Source: Octopus bimaculoides
Taxonomy: Eukaryota
Direction of reading: 5' to 3'
DNA length: 64,000 bases
NCBI RefSeq assembly: GCF_001194135.2
Contig: NC_068985.1
Location: 106,765,681-106,829,680, forward strand
The notes below the pieces were generated by a model. It saw only the letters and a program-made list of their open reading frames with translations, ran no database searches and was not told where the DNA came from. Made by a program: the position numbers and the translations under genes. Below, piece by piece: positions 49,041 to 58,147 of this stretch (its first letter is position 1; the number at the start of each line of letters is the position of its first letter).

Positions 49041-49445
49041 GCACTTGTGTGTATATGTGCTTGTATCTATTATAATGAAGACAAATTGCAATTCTTTGCT
49101 TACAATGAAATCTATGACACCTTTTGCTTATGTACTCTCTGCCTTTCCCAGTTTCAACACATTTCCATCAATCAATTTCACATTTAATTCTTTCCTTCAA
49201 CACATTTCACATTTCATCTCAACTTCCTCTTATATAAAATAGGTCATAGGCAATGACCTTCAGTTGTTGGTGCATTTGGCCAGGTTTGTTATTGGACTCT
49301 TTGGCAACCAAAGGGTATCTGAGATTCTTAGCAGCTACTGGTTGCTCAATTTTGCTCTGTCAGCATAAAGCAGTTCTACTGATCTGCAGAGAACTAACGC
49401 CCAACTTTTCATATTATTTTAGCTTTTACATGATGCCAGTCCTAT

Positions 49446-49760
49446 CTGCAGGTTCATCATCATCCTCATCATCATTTAGCATCTGTTTTCCATGCTTTGA
49501 CAGGAACTGTTGGATGCCCTTCCTAACACAAACCACTCCAAGAGTATAGTTGGTGCCTTTTACATGTCATCAGCATGGGTGCCTATTACATGTCACTGGT
49601 GAGGGTGTTTTTCAAATGTCACTGGCACAGGTGCCTTTTACGTGTCAACAGCATGGGTACCTTTTATGTGTCACTGGTACAGGCACCTTTTATGTGGCAC
49701 TGGCCACAGCTATGATTTCACTTGGTTTGACAAGTTTTCTCATGCACAGCAAATCAATCA
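49446..49760 (-). mobile_element. Repeat family C copy carrying a 6 x 26-bp internal array (49552-49707)
   Basis: The unit ggtgccttttacgtgtcactggcaca starts at 49552, 49578, 49604, 49630, 49656 and 49682. Confidence 0.85.
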
Positions 49761-49938
49761 TGTGCCTACTTCAGTGAAAAGTGTATTTGTGGGATTGGTA
49801 GTCTAGTACCTTTATAACTTGGTTGAACCTGCCAAAGTATGCGTCCTGATGGCAGTACTCCAGCATGAATTCAATAGATAAGCAATGGCCATTACTGGTA
49901 TTAAATGGTACTATGACTGAGATGAATGACCAAAATCA

Positions 49939-50200
49939 GTAGTTGTACTCCAGCATGGTTACAACCAATGGTAGTACTCCAGCATGATTACAACAGATGA
50001 TAATACTCCAGCATGGTTACAACAGATGGCAGTACTCCACCATTGTTACAACTAGTGGTAGTACTCCAACATGACTACAATTGATGGTAGTACTCTAGTA
50101 CAGTTACAACTGATGGTAGCACTCCAGCATGGCTACAGCTGATGGTAGTATTCCAGCATGCCTACAATCAATGGTAGTACTCCAGCATGACCACAATAAA
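49939..50200. repeat. Minisatellite, 9 x 29 bp (consensus atggtagtactccagcatggttacaactg)
   Basis: The tactcc core recurs at 49946, 49975, 50004, 50033, 50062, 50091, 50120, 50149 and 50178, an exact 29-nt period. Confidence 0.95.
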
Positions 50201-50601
50201 TAGGTTGAAACCAATACGAGGGCATACTTAAAAAGTGTGTAGGCTTCAGGTATTAGACAATTTAAACAGCTAAAAGTTTAACCATTTACAACAGTCATTG
50301 GCCAGTGTCCTGAGGCAAGACTTAATTCAGCTTACCTCAGTTAACCTAACAACAGGTGCCACTCCCAGCAGAACTGCTGAATGATTAATTTAAAAAAAGA
50401 AAAAGTGCCCATCCACCTGCAAAATAATTGCTCAATCAAAAAAGTAAAGAAATTTAATTTATATAACAAGTCATCTCACACATACTCACATCAAATTATC
50501 CATGTACAGAACGTAAATGTGTACCTACAAACATGATGGGTTGGATCTCTTTATTTCGAAAAAGCTAAATACAGTCATATAAAACAAGAGAATAAACTTA
50601 C

Positions 50602-50661
50602 CAATATTTGGATGTTTCAACAATCTACAAATTCTAGCTTCTCTTTCTAGCTTTTGATGAT
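50602..50661 (-). CDS. CaMKII: CaMKII coding exon (exon 3 by vertebrate homology), 60 nt, phase 1-1
   Basis: Minus strand reads cttgtttatttcatcttctttcag|AT CAT CAA AAG CTA GAA AGA GAA GCT AGA ATT TGT AGA TTG TTG AAA CAT CCA AAT ATT G|gtaagttt = (D)HQKLEREARICRLLKHPNI(V), the CaMKII alphaC region. Canonical acceptor and donor. Confidence 0.97.
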
Positions 50662-50866
50662 CTGAAAGAAGATGAAATAAACAAGATGAGAGTAGTATTT
50701 CATTAATAACTTCAGCAGAAGAAATAAAGTAGATTAATGTTCCATTAATGAGGAACATATTCTAAGATGAGGATGGCTCAGTTGCTGGAAACAGAAGAGG
50801 GATGAATGAAGCAAACTAAAAACAAAAACAATGAAAGTGACAAACATTACAATATTGTTAATGTTT

Positions 50867-51080
50867 AAGGTGGTGAGCTGACAGAATCGTTAACATGCCA
50901 GGCAAAATATTTAGCAGCATTTTGTCTGTCTTTATATTCTGAGTTCAAATTCCACCAAAGTCGACTTTGCCTTTCATCCTTTCAGAGACAATAAAATAAG
51001 TATCAGTTGAGTATTGGGATAGATGTAATCAACTTACTCCTACCTTGAAATTGTTGTCCTTATGCCAAAATAGAAACCAA
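50867..51080 (+). mobile_element. SINE family A copy about 200 nt upstream of the 60-nt exon acceptor, antisense to CaMKII
   Basis: aaggtggtgagctgacagaatcgttaacatgccaggcaaaatatttagc...ctgagttcaaattccaccaaagtcgactttgcctttcatcc. Confidence 0.92.
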
Positions 51081-51410
51081 TGTTTTGTATAAAGCTAAAA
51101 GCATTAGTATGAGAGATTTGTTGAAAACAACACTTTCATAATGACCATCAAGGCAACAAAATATACTTCGGTGACTCAGACAGCTCACAGTGATAGCCCT
51201 GAAAACAACTGATTTTTTCTCAAAAGAATCTCATCTACAGAAATTATGAAGGCTCTATAAGTAGTAGTCCTACAAATAGACGTTTTCATTTGGTGCCATC
51301 CTTACGAGTAAATCTACTCAAAGTTTCTTATACATACAAAGGCTAAACAAGATTATACATCAGAGTAGTCTTCAATCTTGAAAAACTGCTCTGATGGGTA
51401 TGCTCTAGAC

Positions 51411-51707
51411 CAGGGGTTTTCAAACTGTGGTCCGCGGACCACAGGGGATCCGCAAGGACAAGACAAGGGGTCTGTAGACAGCAAATGCTTTTTATGGGCA
51501 ATTTGATTTTATATATGTTTTTTAATCGAAATCTTTTAGTTGACAATAAACCAATTTGTTAAATACTGTTAAATAAATAAATGTAAAAATATATGTTATT
51601 TTAAGCAAATATTTATGTATAAATTTCATAAGCGTTTATAAGGGGTTCCCTAAGGTAAAGCCTGAAATATAAAGGGGTCCGCAAGTCAAAAAGTTTGAAA
51701 ACCCCTG
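51411..51707. mobile_element. Young hAT/Charlie-type MITE, 297 bp
   Basis: Perfect 16-bp TIRs CAGGGGTTTTCAAACT (51411-51426 / 51692-51707) and a perfect 8-bp TSD CTCTAGAC (51403-51410 / 51708-51715). Confidence 0.96.
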
Positions 51708-52634
51708 CTCTAGACATTCACTACAACATGCACACATGGATACATTTTCAAATGCCATCCAAGACAAAGCCTCCTTTACAACAGAGACATATCCTCTCAT
51801 TTCTCTCCCAATATTGTTTCAGTCTTTGAAACCTGTCAACACTGTATCACTTACACTGAAAATATATCTCATTACCATTCCTTCAACTAAACTTTTTCCT
51901 AATTCCTCACTTCCAAGCCTACACCCCTCTGAAACTGCTCACCAAGCCACTTAACCTGAAAACATTTCAAATCAATCATTAACCACACTAATCTGATGCA
52001 ATTATTACTATACCCTAATCAATATTGTGGACACTGTCCCTCAGATAGAGGAAGTTTGGAGAATTGATTATGTGGTGATAAATTTACAACTCATTTACAA
52101 ATCTGACCATCAGTCTACTTTTTACACTACCAGAAGAAATTTGGTGGTGTAAAAAACTAGACTGAAAATTAAAGTTATTCAGGATTATAGCTAAACATAC
52201 ATATTTACTAATTATTAATGTGCCCTCTATCTCTCTCTCGCTCTCTCTCTGATGCACACACACACAACATACGAACAGCTGACAGTAAGTTAATTATACA
52301 AGAATCAATAGAAAAATCTAAAAATATGCTTTCATACAATGCAGCTTGAACACTTAGAGAAACTAGAACTATGATTTGTGGCACAGATAAATAACACTTT
52401 TACTACATAAAGTATATCTGAACAATTTCTCACAAAAATATGCGTGAGTGAGAGCATGACCCTCTTGCCAATTCAATAGTCTCCTACCCCTCTATCATTC
52501 TCCCTCTATTATTTACTGTATTGTGTCTACTAATTCACTCACAAGGCACTGGTCAGTCTGAGATGTGTTACATAGAGGGGAGGAACCCTAAATTGGAGTT
52601 CCAAAATGAACTTCTTAAACACAAGGCCATGCCT

Positions 52635-52673
<39 letters not shown>

Positions 52674-52689
52674 TGTACACATGTACCAA

Positions 52690-52860
52690 ATTATTTTATA
52701 TGAGGTTATGTAGCTTCAGGTTCAGTTTCACTGTGAAGCAACTTGGGCAAGTGTCTTCTACAGGAGCCCTGGGCTGACTGAAGTCTTGTGAGATTTGGTT
52801 GATGAAAACTGAAAGAAGTTGTGAGTGCGTGTGTTTGTGTGGGGGTGCATGCATGTGTAT
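52690..52860 (+). mobile_element. SINE family B head fragment
   Basis: caggttcagtttcactgtgaagcaacttgggcaagtgtcttctac...gtcttgtgagatttggttgatgaaaactgaaagaag. Confidence 0.8.
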
Positions 52861-54821
52861 TTGTTTACCTATTTTGCAGATAACATGACTACAAGCATTA
52901 GCACTTTGTCACTCTCCTATCAACAAGTCATCCATTGGCTTCACACCTTCAAAGACACGTGAAATAACAAAGATCCCTTAGTTAAAAATCAAATAGGGAA
53001 TCCAACTATAAAACAATGTCTCATTAATACATTTGCCAAACCCATGTTAGCATGGAAAAATGGACATAAAATGAATGAATGAATTATCAGAATGTTTCTG
53101 GAGTATGCAAATATTTCTGTTTGAACTGATCTCAAAAATCCTTTCCGTGTAGGCAGTATAAATACACTACACACATACTACCTGAGAGCTGATGATTGTC
53201 ATAGCATACTCCCTCCTCGAATAGAATTAAAAAAAACAGCTTATTTATTTATTTTAGCACTTGATCAGGTTTCCTGAAATTTAGATTGGACAGGTGTTTG
53301 TAAATTTAGAGACTGGATAACTTTACTGTTGCCTAAACATGTTTTCATGCAGCAGTTGGTAACTCTGAAATGAATAAATGGAGCAAAGCCCACAACTTGA
53401 AGTAACTAATTTTTCTCCTTTGAAATAGAAGTCATTATCAATATTTTCACTGTCATAGATAACAAAGGTGATAAAGACCTGTAGAGTGCTGGAGTAAAAT
53501 TAATATAGCAAAGGTGACAAAGATTATAAGAGTGTTGGAGTAAAATTAGTTTCATCCCTGCTGTGTGATTAATGTTCACAGACAAGTACCTACAGTATCC
53601 TGCAGCATGTTTGCTAAATCATCAAACCCAAACCTCAGTAAAAAATCAATGATTTTCAGAACAGTTTTTTTCAAAACAACAAACCTGTCTAAACAGACAA
53701 TTCTTACTCTATATCTGATTTTTCTTTCTCTGTAATGTTGGTATTACAATCTTTATTGTTTCAAACGTTTGCTTTTCCATACTAACAATATTTTTTATAT
53801 CCCCATGCATCCTGACCGAATGTCCACTTTTTTTGTAAAAGCCAATGTTCTAAGGTTTGCAATAACTACTTCTTTTTAAGTTTTCAAAAGTCTACTAATT
53901 ACTATTGAGGATACTACAGCCATCCCTCCTTCTCCATATATTATCCAGTCACTTAATAATTCTATATCAGTCTAGTCATCCCTCCTGCATACATCTGTCA
54001 ATGCCTTCAGCTATTTGTTATTCTGCCAATGCAGGAAATCAATAAATCTTGCACCTTAAGCAATGACAGTATTAATCTAGAGATTATATTGTCATATATT
54101 GATTGCTAGTTCAATTATTAATCCTGACAAGAAGGAGGTTTGGAGCAATAGATAGCTTTTTATTAAAATAATTCCAAGATGTCTACAGGAATGTGAGTCT
54201 GACAAGGACAAATACTAGGTGATACTTAGACCTTGACATGGAATCTCATTACCAAATAGCTATAAGATGGTCATGTTTCCTTATAAGTAGAATGACCTAA
54301 TTCAGTTAGTCATTTTGATTTATGCAACACTCTCTTTTCTTCTATTTGTCTTCAATCTCATAACTGACCTTTACAATTATTACCAATTACTTATCAAACT
54401 AGAATAATTTCATTTAATATTTAAAGAAAGGGCCATATCGATTATACTTATTTAGCATTCAGAGGGTAGTAGATGTAAAAAAAAAAAAAGTAATGCCTGC
54501 TGAAGACAGTCTTCACATTGGGTTTTAAGAGAGGATAAGCTGAACTAGTTTCCTATTGCATTCTTTGTTTCTACATGAGGATCCGAGTCCCATGCTAGTA
54601 CTCATCAACAGTTAGATGGTCACAACCACTGAGAGTTATCTCTATTTAGGAACTCAGGCAGCTATGAGTTACAGAAAAATAAAAGCCAGTCTTATTTTTT
54701 TCAATGGTACAGGTGAAAATATGAAAATATGGTAGCCTACAGCTAACAGTAACAATGTAATGTATATAAAAATCTGCAAGCTTCATTATAAAAATAAAAA
54801 TGTATAGGTATTTACACTACA

Positions 54822-54882
54822 TTTTGTGTCCTATCTAAGTACCACATGTATGCTACATGTGGTACTTAGATAGGACACAAAA
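54822..54882. repeat. Perfect palindrome: 29-bp arms, 3-nt spacer
   Basis: ttttgtgtcctatctaagtaccacatgta TGC tacatgtggtacttagataggacacaaaa. Confidence 0.97.
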
Positions 54883-56504
54883 GATTTTATTTAAAATCCT
54901 CAGAATAAGAATAAAAAATAAAACTTAGAATGAACTAAGTGGAATAAAAATTGCTGCTTAGATGGAGAAACAGTATATGAATAGATAAAAAGAGTGAAGA
55001 TAGTGTATTTCCTAATGACAAAAAAAAAAAAAAAGAATTAAATAACAAGATTGTACCATAAATAGTGATATACTAAGTGTCAAGGGATACCACAATACTT
55101 TCAGTATTACAACACTATAATATACTGAGTTTGGAATACTCAGTCAATGAAGATTAACCAGGCAAACCTATCTATATAGCTTATTACATTAGGTACAGAG
55201 CTTAGAGATGACATGGTTGAAAAATATTATGTTAAGCATTCCAACATAACAACAGTGGCACGTGCTATATTCTGCATGGTGTTCCTTGCACAAAACAAAA
55301 CAGTTTTCTTGGATGCTTTCAAGTATTGTAAGTAAAAAGAAAATATACCATAGAAGTGATAAATTTAGATATTGAATAATTAGTTGTTAGTAGAAGAAAA
55401 GAGACCTACTTTTCTGTTGTATTTATGATGAAAGGAAGACAGGAGAAAGTCAACTGTTTACAATGAAATGAGAGAGAAGGTTTTATGCTAAGTAAATCTA
55501 TACTATATAACTTATTTTATGTTACTGATAACTGTTAAAAATAGAAAAGTTTTGGAATCTGTCAAAATCCCTTTCACTGATTTGAAGTTATTTAGATGTT
55601 AGGAAGAATCAATATTAACAAGGCCTAATTAATAAAATACAAGTAAAAAAAACCCAAATGATATACAAAAAAAAACAACTTAATCTCAGACCAAAGTAAG
55701 GATTTTACTTGCAAAATATTGCTACAACATTCTAAATGTCAATGACTCATTATCAGATTGTTGAAATTAATTCATTTCAAGCAGAAAAAATATATAAAAT
55801 TACTGAGGACAAAAGTTACATAATTCCTTAATGTTCTCTGAGACAGAATGAGTGTTAATTCATTCCATGGCAACCAGGAGAGAGAGGTAGGAGGGTGATT
55901 GATATTGAATGCCATACAAGATAGAGTAGCTGTTATTGAAATTATTCCAAAAGGGGGCCTAGCTATTCAAAGAATAGAATCAAGTCCCTGGTGTGGAATT
56001 AATAGATCACCATTGATATAGTCTATATTTCATATCTTGTCAATAATCAAAATTAAAACATCAGGGTATTAAGTTGGAAGTAAACTGAATGGAACAGACT
56101 GTCTGAGGAGACCCAACATCTTTTTATTTTCACACTCGAAGTTCCGCACTTCCTCTTCCACAACAATGACCTCACAGCCACACTGCACCTCAAACATGTC
56201 ATCACAGTTACACTGCACCTTATACATGATGCCTTCACTGTATCATGTACAATATAAGCAGGTTGACAAGATGCAGAGGTGAACATGCTGTACCAAATAA
56301 AACACACCTAAGATAACACACCCTACTTCAAACAAACTACCCTCACCACCACATTGTTCTTTATACAATAAACCCATTACATTACACTAAATCAAAAAAT
56401 AACAAGTTTATTACTACAATATGATTGAATTTCAATTGCAAACCAAGAAAATGACAATCAAACATAACAAAAAAAACCCCAGAAAAATGTATATATATAT
56501 ATAT

Positions 56505-56756
56505 ATTATTTACATTATTTACATTTGACGGATATTTGTCCATATCTTGTTTGTTGACAAAACAACGTTTCGGCTGATATACCCTCCAGCCTTCGTCAGG
56601 TGTCTTGGGGAAATTTCGAACCTGGGTTCTCATTCCCAATGATGTTACTATTATTATATCAGCCGAAACGTTGTGTTGACAACAAACAAGATGAGGACAA
56701 ATATCCGTCAAATGTAAATAATGTAAATAATTCCTCATCTCTTAAATATAGAACTG

Positions 56757-56757
<1 letters not shown>
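56505..56757. mobile_element. Penelope-like pLTR-type fragment with an inverted partial duplication, embedded in (TA)n
   Basis: Carries the ACGTTTCG...CCTTC.TCAG signature typical of Penelope termini. Arms 56505-56581 and 56655-56731 are 73/77 reverse-complementary, with (TA)n on both sides. Confidence 0.7.
56559..56604 (-). ncRNA. Minimal type-I hammerhead ribozyme motif (Penelope-associated, dimer type)
   Basis: Minus strand: GACAC (stem I) CUGACGA A GGCUG-gaggguauau-CAGCC (stem II) GAA AC-GU (palindromic stem III, no loop) U(17) GUUUU (stem I', 4/5 paired including one G-U). Confidence 0.6.
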
Positions 56758-56791
<34 letters not shown>

Positions 56792-58115
56792 ACGGACAAA
56801 ATATTCATCAAGATGTTTTACTAGACTACAAAAGTAATTTTTGGTTAAATTCTCAAACAAATGACGGAAGTAACCAGACTAACAATTTTAACCCACATGC
56901 ATGTAACCAGCCTTAGTATAACTAAGACTACTATGATCACTTTTGTCAAATTGTAAACAATATAAACATATTTCATAGCATTTTATCTTAAGACTTTCTC
57001 CAGACTATGGTTAGCATGTTTAGTGGAGATCTTGACAGCTTGTAAAGATTGTGGAGAGATCCTAGTGGTTTTGTAAGCAATTACCAATGGCAAGATTAAA
57101 TTCTATAGGGAAACTATGACAAATATCAGTGATGGAGGGTGGAAAAACAAAGAGAGATTGCAGATTGTGTGGGGCAGAGTTTCAAACAGAAGGGAGAGAA
57201 AGCACCATGGTTAAGTACTGTATAATTTATCTGTGATGAGATAATATGATATACAATTTGTGAGAGGGAGAGAGTAATTATAATGTACAACAGAGGGAGA
57301 GACAGATAGAGCTGCAAATTTTGTAATGTATAATTTGGAAATCAGAAAGTATTGTAATATTCAGAGAGGGGGTGAATAATTGAGAGAAAGAGAGGAGAGA
57401 ATGAGAGAGAGAGAGAGAAGTATGCTCTGTAATATAGTTGGGAAGACAAAGAGGTAGGTCATGTTTTATACAATTTGTGTGAGAGATAGTTACAGTTGAG
57501 AAAGAGAGAGGTAGAAAGAGAGAGAGAGAGAGAGATGAGGGTTACTACATAGCAGAGAAGTAAACAAGAATCCATCAACTAGAAAGATGGAACTGCGTTT
57601 TTCTGTTGCAGAGATATTAGCAGGCAAGATATAATCATCTTGATATGGTACCAATTGAATGCATGAGTGGTAGAAGTAGCAACAGCAACAGGGAAAGGTG
57701 ACATTTAAATCATTTAATAGAAGTATCAAAAATATTTTAAAAGCTTACAACAACGTTGTTGTTCTTTACAATGCAGACCATTAATATTTTAACATTTTAT
57801 AACTGTCACCAATGTAAAATGTTTTCTTACATTGAATGTACTTACTTGTCTCAATGCATACATGCAAGCATACCTAAGTACACATACATGTATACATTTA
57901 TGCATGCACACACAGTTATATTCAAAACCCTTTGCTAAGAGTATGGTTGTAAAGTGTTGGTATGTGTAAACCATCATCTGAAGTCTGCATGCAACAGAGT
58001 GTAAGGATGAATGAGATAAGTTATTCAACAACGATAAAATGGAAGTTTACAGAAGTTCTGTGAAGCTCTTATCACTTCTGATAATCTTCTCCAACAGCAC
58101 CAAAAACCATAGACA

Positions 58116-58147
<32 letters not shown>

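Larger units (their letters stand above)
44514..50601 (-). other. CaMKII: CaMKII intron (6088 nt), GT-AG
   Basis: Lies between the 60-nt and 55-nt exons; GTAAGT donor and TTTTTACAG acceptor. Confidence 0.93.

Noticed and set aside
48709-49242. 177-aa ORF, the longest in the track
   Set aside because: A chimera of family C repeat, (GT)n and a SINE B head.
49939-50200. CRISPR-like regular repeats
   Set aside because: Units are contiguous with no unique spacers, there are no cas genes and the context is eukaryotic; this is a minisatellite.
51736-51954. Possible L2 reverse-transcriptase relic (..LHPSETA)
   Set aside because: Similarity to HSTETA is too weak to support without a search.
57126-57317. 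GAFS motif as a possible upstream CaMKII exon
   Set aside because: Continues PFCLKLC rather than VVRRC...AAKIINTKKLSAR, and there is no AG acceptor before it.
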